64,000 nt of DNA from Tubiluchus corallicola. Lineage: Eukaryota > Animalia > Priapulida. Below are positions 42,184 through 53,290 of the stretch, one piece after another. A program made the translations under genes and the position numbers. The notes below the pieces were generated by a model. That model was not told the origin of the DNA. It ran no database searches and saw only the letters and a list, made by a program, of their open reading frames with translations. The DNA is taken from assembly GCA_030141605.1 (NCBI GenBank), contig JAQGDQ010000978.1:10005-74004 (forward strand). Direction: 5' to 3'. Positions within the stretch are counted from its first letter, which is position 1, and every line of letters begins with the position of its first letter.

Positions 42184-42550
42184 AATCATGATGATAGCGA
42201 TTATGATAATGACGATGATGATGATGAGGATGACGATGATGATGATGATGATGACGATGATGATAGTGATGATGATGATGACGACGACGACGACGACGAC
42301 GACGATGGTGATGATGATGATGATGATGATGATGATAATGAAGATGACGATGATGATGACGATGATGATGATGATGATGATAATGAAGATGACGATGATG
42401 ACAATGATGATGATGACGATGATGATGACGATGATGATCATGATGATGACGATGATGATGATGATGATGATGACGATGATGATGATGACAATGATGATAA
42501 CGAAGATGACGATGATGATGATGATGATGACGATGACGACGACAACGACT
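42145..42550. repeat. (GAT)n/(GAC)n trinucleotide tract; smaller one at 40260-40400
   Basis: Directly visible. Confidence 0.95.
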
Positions 42551-43318
42551 GCAGTGATGTTAATAACGGTCACGATGACATTAGCTGACGATATTAATAC
42601 TAATGATGTCAATCTTAACATTGAAGTAAACGTTGTTTGTCAAACTATTAGACGTCGTTTTTATCACTCATGTCTTCCTTGTTTGAAGTTATCCACCCTG
42701 TGCGACCACCATAATTATCCACCGTGCAATAATTGTACAAGCAAAGTCAAGTAAAAACTGATTCAGATATTCTGTTAGAGGACGACGCCTTTCCTAGGAT
42801 AGCCACGCCCATCATGTTTTTTGGCACACGCCCCTTAAAGAACTCAGCCTGTTCATAAGTCGATCTGCACTCAAGCCAGTCATTCGCTCTGCTACTAAGA
42901 TTATATAGTCAGTGTATTGACTCGCGGAATCACAAAACGTTTTTCTATCTAAAAAATGTAAAAAATGTAATATGATTTTCTATCTAAAAATGTAAAAAAA
43001 GAACAATAAGTTTCACAGATATTAAAGAAATGCATTTGTTTCAAACACTATTAAGCAACCATAAGCTAATGAATAGATCCATTTATGTCCCCTAGTCCTT
43101 AACTCATTGATCCTCGAACAATCCCCCCTCCCCCCCCCCCCACCAAACCCAGTAACCACATTGAACAGTTAAAATAAAGAGTCCTTTAGGTTGAATAATT
43201 CCGTAGACCAGCTATCTCTGGACTACGTCGCCATCATACCACCATTATATCAGTAGTTAATGAATTGGTTTTTTATCCCGTCAATGCTTTACACATGCTT
43301 TGCAGGGGCACTGGTTAA

Positions 43319-43871
43319 AGCAAAACCGGGCCCAATCTTAAACTGTAAGTCAAAACAATCTACTCTTTAAAATATTGAAAGTAAACATACTATTTTTTCA
43401 AAAATGACTTGCTTGAAAGAATTATTACCACACGAACACAGTTACACTGTCGCCATTTGCTGGTTAGACGGGCACTTGCGCCTGCATTTCGGAAACACTT
43501 TACATAAAAAACAGCTGCTATATCTCTCATTTCAGATGTGTTCGTTTGTGACGAACTGCACACGTTCGACAGCTCATGCATAAACACAGCGGTAAATTTG
43601 AAATTTGAATTTTTCTCTTGAAACTTGCCTATTTTAGTACAACAATATCAATTTTCTCTTTCACAAACACGTGCAACACCCTCGTGGAATATTTTTGCTA
43701 TTGAAAGTTATTAGTTTGTGATGTCATCAATAGTTGGGCTCGCCCGCCGTTAATTTGTTTTTAATCTATTATTTAATTATTAGAAACGCTTTTGCAGTAA
43801 TAATTGTGTTAAAATATTTACTTTTTATCAGACTTGAAAATGGGGTAGTAGATGAAAAATCATGTCTTCCT
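43319..43871. mobile_element. Apparently full-length Kolobok-like non-autonomous element
   Basis: TTAA|AGCAAAAC ... GTCTTCCT|TTAA: short imperfect TIR with AG..CT termini and TTAA flanks. Confidence 0.7.
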
Positions 43872-45534
43872 TTAACGGAAGTCCATCTACAAGAGACTAG
43901 CTTTATAGGAAACCTGGGATAATATATAGAAACCTTTATAGGAATAATAATGGAGTATCAAATGCTAAATACTTTATTCGAATTTTTGATGTATTTTTCC
44001 TTTGTTGTTGTTTCTGTTGTTGAGGTTTCGTGCACTTACTGTCGAGGGGCCCATGAGCAATGAGTTCAGAAGCCAGTGAACAGATGTCTAGGGATGAAGC
44101 AAATCTAATGGTACAAATTACAAATTATCAGTATTTTTGTTCAACTATATATATACACATACGTATAAATTTTACAGATAAACTGGCTACTTAGAAGATT
44201 ACGGATATCTTGCAGCGGTATGATTGGAGCTGTGACTCGTAGAATTCAACACATCCCCCCCCCTCACTACCCGACTTGATTGTTTTAGAACTTTTTCTCA
44301 AACAAAATAATTAAAATATGGAACCAGCTCTCTCTCTCTCTCTCTCTCTCTCAGCCTGCCGGCGGTGCCCCCTTGGTCTGTGCTCAGAGTCACAAACTTT
44401 TTAAAAGATGTAAACCTTAATAATCATTTATCGTTTAATAGGCATATGTAGGCAGCCTTGGCTCTTTGTGTTTTTTAGCACCGCTCCTACTGATAATATT
44501 TTTCAAAATTGACGTTTTTCCAATAATATTTTTAACTCTTTAGTTGAAATTTGAATGTTTCTTTTATTTTTTTAATCGCCGGGTCTTGGAAGAATTTTCT
44601 GAAGTCATTGTTTGAGTAAGCTGCCTGCCGAGTTCTTGAAATGAGCACTATCAAACGATTGTCTAGTAGTAGTAGGCCTACTGTCAATTATATATTGCAA
44701 AGGCAAGTTTGATCATCTCAGGATTTATTTGCCACACAGTAACCCTTGTCAGCTCTATCATAAAGATGGACGACTTTAATCTTATGCACCAAATCCCAGT
44801 CGATTCAAGCGTTAATAAAATAGGCACGCTACGTCGTCATTTGCCATTAACAAACACATTATGAGCCAAAGCGAAATACGCATTAGGCAGAATTTGTCAG
44901 CCCTCTCTAAATCCCTGAACGAACTGACCACTTCAGGACTCAGTGGACACACATCAATATGGAAAATCAATGGGCTTATTTGAGAGGCCGTTGGCCGTAC
45001 GGGAGCGGCTCTGATGGACAGTCTTTACACTTGTTTTCTACAACTGTTTTATTAAAGTGAAATTTTTAGCAAATTTAACGTGCATGTCAAAGGCTATGTC
45101 TGTTCACAAAGCAAGTAATCATGCAGCAAAAACATGCAATAGTATTGAACAACTTCTGTTATAATGAACCCCCCTCCATCAGAAGATGGATCAGGTCCTT
45201 GCACGCACTTGCTATGCTAATGAGCCAAAACGTTAATAAGATTCCCCACTTGCTGCTAGAGCAAATCTTTTCAATAATTAAGCAAAAGATTTCCTATTCT
45301 TTACGCTCAGTTGTAATATAGACCCAAAAGATAGGATTAGCTACGGTAAGTGTTTCTAGATTCGATTTTCTACACAGAAAGCTTAATTGCAACTTCAAGA
45401 TCCCAAGTAAGCTAGTAAAACGAAAAAAAAGGGAAGATTTTTATTATTATACCCAAGATACAGACTAGTTGAAATTTTTAGTAAAATCTGTTTTTCTGTA
45501 TGTACTTTGTTTTGAGAGCAGCGCTAGTTCTATA

Positions 45535-45642
45535 CAGGGCCTATTTCAGAGGGGGGAAGTGGGGATACTTCCATGGGGCCTCACCCTCCAGGGGGGAGGC
45601 TCGCACCAATGTAACATTTTTTGCTTTATGCGAACATACTGC

Positions 45643-45726
<84 letters not shown>

Positions 45727-45864
45727 CGCACGCGCGCCGTTTGCCAGTATTGACAAGTATTAAGGACTGGTCTTGAGAATAAAGCAGTTTTTCTTTCAAT
45801 TGTTCTTTCCTTTAACAACTGCATAACTCCATATTTTCTCTTCGAAAATGCTTCTCCGGCGTTC
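45535..45864. mobile_element. Longer, right-truncated relative of the 1626-1897 hAT MITE
   Basis: Same CAGGGCCTATTTCAG end and GCTTTATGCGAACAT / CTTCGAAAATGCTTCT blocks, with an extra internal segment containing (CT)n. Confidence 0.85.
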
Positions 45865-46739
45865 TAGCAGTTCAAAAAGTTACAAAAAAGGTTTCCTCTT
45901 TTACCTGTGTTGACCTTCCATTTGCCTATAATTATCAAACAATCTGAACGAACGAAAAACGATCGAACGGTCGGTGTGCAAAACCGCTAGACATTGTAAG
46001 CATTCTTATATTATTACTATCGCGAATATCTATTTTACTCCTACAAGTACATATATATATATATATATATATATAATCTTTATTTGCCATTAAAATACAT
46101 TGATAATCACTGATAAAACTTTACACAGATGATCAATCAGTGTTAGTTAATAAAAACTCACACTGTTAAAGGCAAATGCGTCAGTGCAATCTAAACTACT
46201 GTGCAGTAATGGAAAGTAACGACGAATAAAATCAAACATATTTACAGCTATGCACAAAAAAATGAAAAGTTAACTTGTGAAAACGTTTCGTGACAGTCTT
46301 TATAGCTTGTCAATTGCCAAATGTGAATTTTACGTTAAAAGCTTAAATAAATTTTCAAATACGTTTTTAATTAAAAATTCAACGCAGAAAATATAAATGT
46401 TTTTCCTATCCATGCAATGACAGCGTTGATGGCATCTCGGTTTTGCTCCTGCCACGCCCACACGCCCTCAAATGAATCCGTACGATTGTCATGCTTCTAG
46501 CCGGACACGTTTTATTGACTGCATTACTGTAGCGTCGGCCTGGCTTCCCAAGCTGACGAAAAGGTTAAAAAAGCAGCTAACAAACAGTGGGCGGTACTGC
46601 ACCACCCACTAAACGTAATTGAAACACAAGTGCCCTGACGCATGCGCGTTGAGCATGGTGATCCATTCTGATTGTGGGGATGTGCATCGCTAAATTTTTC
46701 AAATTATCTTAGGCCCCTTACATTATATAGATGTAAACA

Positions 46740-46885
46740 GCAGACGGTTTAATCTAGTGGTAACGCGTCTGCTTTCCGTCTGAGAGGTCGTGAGTTCGAA
46801 TCAGCTACAGGGTCATACCAAAGACTTTAAAAATGGTACCTGCAGTTGTCCTGCTTGGGGCGTGGTATTTAGGGTAAAAGTGGGG
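46740..46885 (+). mobile_element. tRNA-derived SINE with a conserved central domain (resembles the Meta domain, from recall)
   Basis: tRNA-like head (CTAGTGGTAA; B-box GAGTTCGAATC) followed by GGTCATACCAAAGACTTTAAAAATGGTACC...CCTGCTTGG. Confidence 0.65.
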
Positions 46886-46970
46886 TAATAATAGTCTCTG
46901 TTATGTAGTTGTAGATTGTTGTTTACAGTCGGACCGAAAACTGTTTGGAGCTTATGTTAATTGTTTATCC

Positions 46971-47347
46971 TAGATAGATAGATATTTTATTTCTGAAAAT
47001 CAAATTTCCAACACGAAAATTACAAACTCGACTCATACCCGATGGTTTTATCAGCGGGCACAGCTCGGGTAATGATTTCCAGATCATACTAACAATTTGA
47101 CTCAACATAGCTGCACAAGGTATATACACAGATATACAAATTTAGTTGTAAACTCCATGAAGCGAAAAAAACTATTTACTAAGCATTTGTACACATGTGA
47201 TAAACAAATATTTTACCTATATGATAATCACAGTGATGCGGTTATACGTCCGCTAACAAAGCTATACTATTTAATTCAAAAATCTATGCATACAGTCGTA
47301 AATGAAATTTCCAATTGACATTAATTCTCCGTCAAATAAATTTGCAA
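46971..47347 (-). mobile_element. Second copy of the LINE-like 3' end at 22384-22764
   Basis: Near-identical ~380 bp with a (CTAT)n tail. Confidence 0.7.
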
Positions 47348-47899
47348 GTAAAATGAAAAAGTAGAATATATATTGTTATCTACTTTGATAAACTAGATGC
47401 ATACATTTGTGAGACGTTAAGTCTTCACAGCCAGAATTGCCCCACATTGCATGGCTTCACCAATATCTAAGTATGATTGTAGGAAAGAACGAATTCTATA
47501 TCCATTTTGGCTTATTGGACAAGTATAACCAGAAACCGTAACTCGAATTACATTCAGACATACTACTAGTACTAGAGAGAAGACATTTATTTTTACGAAT
47601 GAGCTGTTTCCGATCTAGCATTTGTAAATATTTTAATTATAATCAATTATAAATAATTAATTAGATTTTTTAGGTACAGTGCATGTTTTTAATTTTTCTT
47701 TGTTATATTCTTTTGTGATTTAGATATTAAAACAGTAAAGAACGGCGAATACAGTCATCAGAATGATTGCAAACCAATGACTCTCTTTGATTTGAAAATG
47801 CCCTTATTGTTTTAACAACACACAATTGGCAAAAATGAGTATGAAACAGAGCGGAATATACATGAAAATTGCAAATAGTTCATAGAATTCACGTATGTG

Positions 47900-48090
47900 T
47901 ATCAATTGTTTGTTTGTTTGTCTGTCTGTTTAATCGTTTTGCACTTTTCACTACTTTCACAACCTTTAATCGTTTTGCACATTTCACTACATGTGCACAG
48001 AGTTGCACAACTTTTTGTTTTAATATTTTCTATGTAAGTAAATAAAATCAAGATCTATTTTAAATCTTACATTTTTTAAAAATTAATTTT
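47900..48090. other. Eukaryote/bacterium junction zone
   Basis: The last animal-type microsatellite (GTTT/GTCT) is at 47906-47931 and the first bacterial promoter element is at 48089. There are no Ns. Confidence 0.9.
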
Positions 48091-48117
48091 GAAATAATAG
48101 CTTATAGGAATTATAAT
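48089..48117 (+). promoter_or_regulatory. Sigma70-type promoter of the sugar ABC operon
   Basis: TTGAAA (48089-94), 17-bp spacer, TATAAT (48112-17). Confidence 0.75.
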
Positions 48118-48130
48118 GTATTATAGCATA

Positions 48131-48148
48131 TGTGCAAACGTTTGCTCA
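48131..48148. promoter_or_regulatory. LacI/GalR-family operator
   Basis: Palindrome TGTGCAAACGTTTGCTCA with a central CG, just downstream of the -10. Extended by AGCATAT/ATATGCT. Confidence 0.8.
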
Positions 48149-48193
48149 ATATGCTTTATTTTTTTTGGAGTTTACTTTAAGGAGGAAGAAAGT

Positions 48194-49573
48194 ATGAGTT
48201 TAGCTAAAAAATTATTACTACTAAGTAGTATTTCACTGTTTTTATTTGCATGTGGGGGAGGCGCATCTCAAGAAACAACAGAGGGCAATGAATCCAAATC
48301 TATTGAAGTGACTGATGATGTTAACGAAAATAAAAATAATGACAAAATGCCTGAAAAATCTAAAGAAAAACAAAATGTTAGCATTTGGGTTAACTCAGGA
48401 AAACCTGAAGAAGTGGCAGCATTTGATGAGTTGTTTGAAAACTTTAACTCTTCCCAAAATGAAATTAATCTGGAGGTTACGAGATTTCCTGATGGATCAT
48501 ACAATGAACAAGTAAACGGAGCTATACTTTCTGGAGACCTTCCAGATGTAATGTTAATTGATGGACCAAATGCTTATAATTATGCATGGTCTGGTGCTCT
48601 TATTTCTATAAGTGACTATATTACTGATGAAATAAAAGGTGATTTGTTACCATCAATAATTGATCAGGGCATGTATAATGGAAAAATGTATGTTGTGGGT
48701 ACTTTTGATTCAGGATTAGCACTTTGGGGAAATAAATCATATTTAGAAAAAGCTGAAGTTAGAATACCTACATCAATTGCTGATGCTTGGACTTTAGATG
48801 AATTTAATGAAGCTCTAGAAAAATTAAAAGAATTAGAAGAAGTAGAGTACCCTTTAGACCTTAAAATGAACTATGGTGCTGGAGAGTGGTTTACATATGG
48901 ATTTTCACCTATTATTCAAGGATTTGGAGGAGACCTTATTAATAGAGAAAGCTTTGATTCTAGTGAAGGTAAAATAAATGGAGTAGAGGCTGTTGAAGCT
49001 ATGAATTGGTTTCAGGAATTATTTAACAAAGAGTATGCATTAAAATCACCAGCAGGTGATGATGATTTTTATGGTAAAAAAACTGCTGCGCTTTCTTGGG
49101 TTGGTCATTGGATGAAAACTCCGCACATAGAAAATTTAGGTGAAGACTTAGTACTTATTCCTATGCCTAAATTTAATGATAAAGTTGTAACAGGCATGGG
49201 GTCTTGGGCTTTTGGGATAACATCTAAATCAAAAAATCCAGAACTATCATGGAAAGTTATAGAATATTTATTAGAGCCTGAAAATATAGAGGCCTTTACA
49301 ACAGCAAATGGAGCTATTCCTTCAAGAAAGTCTGTATTAGCAAAGTTACCAGAGTATCAAAAAGGTGGATTATTGTATGTTTTTAGAGAGCAATTAGAAA
49401 GTGGTAGTGCAATTGCAAGACCGCAAACAGCTGCCTACCCTGTTATTACAAGTACATTTTCTGACTCTATCCAAAATATTATGAACGGTGCTGATGTAAA
49501 AAAAGAGCTAAATAAAGCATCTAAAATAATAGACCAAGATATTGCTGATAACGGAGGTTATATCCTACAATAA
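48194..49573 (+). CDS. Sugar ABC transporter substrate-binding lipoprotein (CUT1), 459 aa
   Basis: RBS TAAGGAGG precedes ATG 48194 (the ORF-track start at 48116 lies in the promoter). Lipobox LFAC; SBP motifs SGDLPDV and GSWAFGIT. Confidence 0.93.
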   Translation: MSLAKKLLLLSSISLFLFACGGGASQETTEGNESKSIEVTDDVNENKNNDKMPEKSKEKQNVSIWVNSGKPEEVAAFDELFENFNSSQNEINLEVTRFPDGSYNEQVNGAILSGDLPDVMLIDGPNAYNYAWSGALISISDYITDEIKGDLLPSIIDQGMYNGKMYVVGTFDSGLALWGNKSYLEKAEVRIPTSIADAWTLDEFNEALEKLKELEEVEYPLDLKMNYGAGEWFTYGFSPIIQGFGGDLINRESFDSSEGKINGVEAVEAMNWFQELFNKEYALKSPAGDDDFYGKKTAALSWVGHWMKTPHIENLGEDLVLIPMPKFNDKVVTGMGSWAFGITSKSKNPELSWKVIEYLLEPENIEAFTTANGAIPSRKSVLAKLPEYQKGGLLYVFREQLESGSAIARPQTAAYPVITSTFSDSIQNIMNGADVKKELNKASKIIDQDIADNGGYILQ

Positions 49574-49596
49574 ATAAATTAGTACTTTAATTACAA

Positions 49597-49652
49597 AATA
49601 GAATCGATTTCTCATATATTAATTTATATTTATGTGAGAAATCGATTTTATT
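49597..49652 (+). terminator. Long intergenic stem-loop after the binding-protein gene (partial terminator or mRNA stabiliser)
   Basis: AATCGATTTCTCATATA ... TATGTGAGAAATCGATT. Confidence 0.7.
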
Positions 49653-49753
49653 AAATCTGCTAAAGAATTTATATAAAACTGCTAAATAATTATTTTATAT
49701 AAATTTTGGGATTATCTTCATCTATATAATTATGTGCATATGGAGGAAACTTT

Positions 49754-50659
49754 ATGAAAAAAACTAAAAATACAATTAGTGAAAATACCACTGGATGGAT
49801 TATGGCTTCCCCTGCTCTTATTCTTCTAAGTATGTTTTTATTGATACCTTTTATTTTAGCTATTTATTTATCTTTTACTAACCAAAGACTTATTACCAAC
49901 CCAAACTTACCAACTAAATTTATAGGATTTGAAAACTATAAGCGTATTTTTAGTTCTTCAGATTTTTTAAAATCAATACTAAATAACTTTATATTTGCTT
50001 TTTTTGTTGTGCCAATCCAAACGTCTTTAGCTTTAGCTATGGCAATGTTAATAAATAAAAAGGTGAAATTTGTAAACTTTTTTAGAACTTTGTATTTTAG
50101 CCCAGTTGTGATTACTATGGTTGTTGTTTCTGTTGTTTGGAATTTACTTTATAATCCGAGTGCAGGTACTATTAATAAGATATTAGAAGTTATTTCATTT
50201 GGCCAAATTGGACCTCAGGACTGGCTTGGAGATCCTAAACTAGCATTACCAGCAATAATGATTTTATCTATATGGCAAGGTGCAGGATTTCAAATGATTT
50301 TATTTTTAGCAGGACTTCAAGATATCCCTAGTGAGCTTTATGAAGCTGCAAAAATGGATGGTGCTAATAAAGTACAGTCATTTTTTAATGTGACCATACC
50401 AATGCTTAGAAATACTATTATGTTTGTTGTGGTTTCAACCACTATACTTTCTTTTAAATTATTTACTCAAGTTTGGGTTTTAACACAAGGAGGGCCTCAA
50501 AATGCTACAATAACTAGTGTGGTTCTTATGTACAAAGAAGGTTTTCAAAAGCTAAAAGTTGGATATTCATCAGCCCTTGCAGTACTTTTCTTCTTAATTG
50601 TTGTATGTATTTCTATGATACAGAGATTTGTTCTAAAAAATGATAAGGAGGATATATAA
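49754..50659 (+). CDS. Sugar ABC transporter permease (MalF-like)
   Basis: Multiple TM segments, EAA motif ELYEAAKMDGAN, RBS GGAGG. Confidence 0.95.
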   Translation: MKKTKNTISENTTGWIMASPALILLSMFLLIPFILAIYLSFTNQRLITNPNLPTKFIGFENYKRIFSSSDFLKSILNNFIFAFFVVPIQTSLALAMAMLINKKVKFVNFFRTLYFSPVVITMVVVSVVWNLLYNPSAGTINKILEVISFGQIGPQDWLGDPKLALPAIMILSIWQGAGFQMILFLAGLQDIPSELYEAAKMDGANKVQSFFNVTIPMLRNTIMFVVVSTTILSFKLFTQVWVLTQGGPQNATITSVVLMYKEGFQKLKVGYSSALAVLFFLIVVCISMIQRFVLKNDKEDI

Positions 50660-50662
50660 ATA

Positions 50663-51520
50663 ATGAAAGATACTAGAAAACCAGGAGTAAAGTTTTTTGA
50701 CTTTATAAGCAATTATTTTTTACTTATAATACTTGCAATATTTTTTATATTTCCTACTATTTTTATGTTAATCTCATCTATTAAAATTGATGAAGGACAA
50801 ATAATTAAAGATATGAGTAGTATAAAAGGTTTTATACCTTATGGAAAATTAGGGTTTGGCAACTATAAGGATGTTATTACTCAGATGAATTTTTTAAGAT
50901 TTTTTTTCAATTCTGTTTTTATAGTTGGGTGCACTGTTGGTTTAGGGCTTGTAGTTAATAGCATGATAGCTTATGCACTAGCTAGGCTAAACTTTGTAGG
51001 AAAAAAATTAATTCTGTCTATTATAATAGCTCTTATAATTATTCCTATAGAAGCAATAGTTATCCCTTTACTTTTAATGGTTAATAAATTTGGATGGATT
51101 AATAGTTATCATGTGCAAATAATACCTTTTATTGCTCAACCATTGTATATATTTTTATTTTACCAATTTTTTATAGGTCTACCAAAGAGTCTTGATGAAG
51201 CTGCTCTAATAGATGGAGCTAGCTTTTTCAAAATATTTTGGACTATTACCCTACCTCTTTCTAAACCTGTTTTAGCTTCTGTAGCAATACTTTCTTCAAT
51301 TGAAAGGTGGGGAGATTTCTTGTGGCCTTTAATGGTTACAAGAGGAGAAAATTTTAGACCTTTGCCAGTTGCCATGCAAAACTTTTTTGGACAAGACCCA
51401 AAACTATGGGGAGATATATTTGCTTTTGCCTCAATGATTACAATACCTCTTTTAATTGTTTTCCTTATATTCCAGAAGCAATTTGTAGAGTCAGTTGCAT
51501 CTAGTGGCATTAAGGGTTAA
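50663..51520 (+). CDS. Sugar ABC transporter permease (MalG-like)
   Basis: EAA motif SLDEAALIDGAS; C-terminal FQKQFVESVASSGIKG. Confidence 0.95.
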   Translation: MKDTRKPGVKFFDFISNYFLLIILAIFFIFPTIFMLISSIKIDEGQIIKDMSSIKGFIPYGKLGFGNYKDVITQMNFLRFFFNSVFIVGCTVGLGLVVNSMIAYALARLNFVGKKLILSIIIALIIIPIEAIVIPLLLMVNKFGWINSYHVQIIPFIAQPLYIFLFYQFFIGLPKSLDEAALIDGASFFKIFWTITLPLSKPVLASVAILSSIERWGDFLWPLMVTRGENFRPLPVAMQNFFGQDPKLWGDIFAFASMITIPLLIVFLIFQKQFVESVASSGIKG

Positions 51521-51545
51521 ACTTTTAATGCATGCTATCTAAATG

Positions 51546-51584
51546 AAAAGGCAAGATATAAGGTTTTTATATTTTGTCTTTTTT
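51546..51584 (+). terminator. Intrinsic terminator
   Basis: AAAAGGCAAGATATAA-loop-TTATATTTTGTCTTTTTT. Confidence 0.75.
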
Positions 51585-51673
51585 AAGAAAAAATTTTTAT
51601 TTATAAACAAAGGCGATGAAAATTGATATAAATTAGAGAATATTATTAAAATAAAAAAATTATGGAGGAACTT

Positions 51674-53167
51674 ATGCGAGATAATAAAAAAAATATTTCA
51701 ATACCATTAGAATATGATCCTAAAACTAACAATGTATTTATGGGAAAACTTGTAGATCATTTGAAATATGCAAATACAATACATTATAAAGCTGAAAAAT
51801 ATTGGAAAAAGGATAATGAAAAATATATAGAAGAAACGAAAAAAGGTATTTGTACATCACAGTGGGGTCATAGCTGGAATGGCTACTTTCCTTGGAAATC
51901 CTTTGCATATCCTAATATGGATACTACATATTGGTTTTATTCTTTAGATTGTAGCAATGAAGAAAATATCTCAGTTTTACCAATTATTAGGTTAAGAGGA
52001 AAATTTCCACATTGTAGATATTATAGTTATAATCTATACGATAACTCTACTGGATTTGCTTATGGAGACGGAATACTAGATAAAGACATAAAGCCTGACA
52101 AAGGGAGCTTTAATCCGTTTAAGTCAGGAGTAGATAGAAGTGTAGAAAAACGAGATTTTACTTTATGGCTTATATCTGAAAGCTTAAAAGATTCAGATGT
52201 TTTTAAGGAATTAATGAAAGAGTATGGAAAAGCTAATATTATAATTATTCCAAATAATATCTCTAAACCAGCAGTTGCACTTAGAGTATACTTGCCAGAT
52301 AGTGGATATAAAATACATGGGCAAAAAAATGATGATATTGCCTTACCCATTATAGAATCGTTTGACTCTAGTTGTAAAACTCTTGAAGAAGTAATTTCTA
52401 CTCCAACTTCTTGTCCACCTGCTTATAATACTAATGTTAAATTTTTCCTATCATTAGCTGGTAATAATAAAGATGTGGAAAGGGTAGACCCTGAAAAAGA
52501 TATTTTCAAAGAAATATCTTTTTTACGAGCTCCTGGTGGTGGTCAGTGGCCCACGGTTCATAATATCTATGCAGGCACACCTATAAGGCCTTATACAATT
52601 TCAGAATCTGCAAAAGGGTATGGGGAAATTATTGAATTACAATTTAAAGTACCTAGCACCCCAAAAACTTTATCTGGAAAAGAAAAATTTAACCATAATT
52701 TTCATGATATGAGATACTGGTCTATTTCAATGAATAACTTTGATTCTACAATTGGAATGCGAGCATATAATGATGAAACTGTAGCAACTTATAAAGATGA
52801 AAAAGGTAATTTGTGGGTACATATGATAATTGCGCCGAATACTTCTGAAATAAAAGATTTTATTAAGGAAAATATGAAAAATATAACTTTTCTACCATAT
52901 GATGGTGCTCAAATTGGTGCTAAAATAACGAAAAAAACAATAAGACGAATACCTACAATAATACATAGAAATTTATTAATTAATAGCAATTTTAAATATG
53001 GGTATAATTCTGTTAGAGAAAGATTAGAAAAAATACATGGAGAAAGAGTAAAAAAGTATTTTGCTGATAAATATATAGGTAGCTATGCTCCAACTGGAAA
53101 ATATTATACAAAAGAGGAATTTTTTAAAAAATATAGCAAAATAAATTCTAATGAGAAGTCCATATAA
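51674..53167 (+). CDS. Uncharacterised soluble protein, 497 aa
   Basis: Long ORF with RBS GGAGG before ATG 51674. Motifs LRGKFPHCRYYSYNLYD, DIKPDKGSFNPF and MRYWSIS; no signal peptide or TM segment. Confidence 0.85.
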   Translation: MRDNKKNISIPLEYDPKTNNVFMGKLVDHLKYANTIHYKAEKYWKKDNEKYIEETKKGICTSQWGHSWNGYFPWKSFAYPNMDTTYWFYSLDCSNEENISVLPIIRLRGKFPHCRYYSYNLYDNSTGFAYGDGILDKDIKPDKGSFNPFKSGVDRSVEKRDFTLWLISESLKDSDVFKELMKEYGKANIIIIPNNISKPAVALRVYLPDSGYKIHGQKNDDIALPIIESFDSSCKTLEEVISTPTSCPPAYNTNVKFFLSLAGNNKDVERVDPEKDIFKEISFLRAPGGGQWPTVHNIYAGTPIRPYTISESAKGYGEIIELQFKVPSTPKTLSGKEKFNHNFHDMRYWSISMNNFDSTIGMRAYNDETVATYKDEKGNLWVHMIIAPNTSEIKDFIKENMKNITFLPYDGAQIGAKITKKTIRRIPTIIHRNLLINSNFKYGYNSVRERLEKIHGERVKKYFADKYIGSYAPTGKYYTKEEFFKKYSKINSNEKSI

Positions 53168-53290
53168 AACATATTATGTAAATTAATATTAAAATAAAAA
53201 CTAGTTGAAAAAAAATAAAATAAATAATATAATCTATGAAATAATGTTTTTATACTAATTTGAAAACTTACAATTTATTTAGGAGGAGAA

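Noticed and set aside
42133-42754. Poly-Met, poly-Ile, poly-Ser or poly-Asp ORFs
   Set aside because: A (GAT)n tract; an acidic biomineral exon could not be supported with splice sites or flanking coding sequence.
48116-48193. ORF-track N-terminal extension of the sugar-binding protein
   Set aside because: It overlaps the -10 box and operator; the RBS and lipoprotein signal point to ATG 48194.
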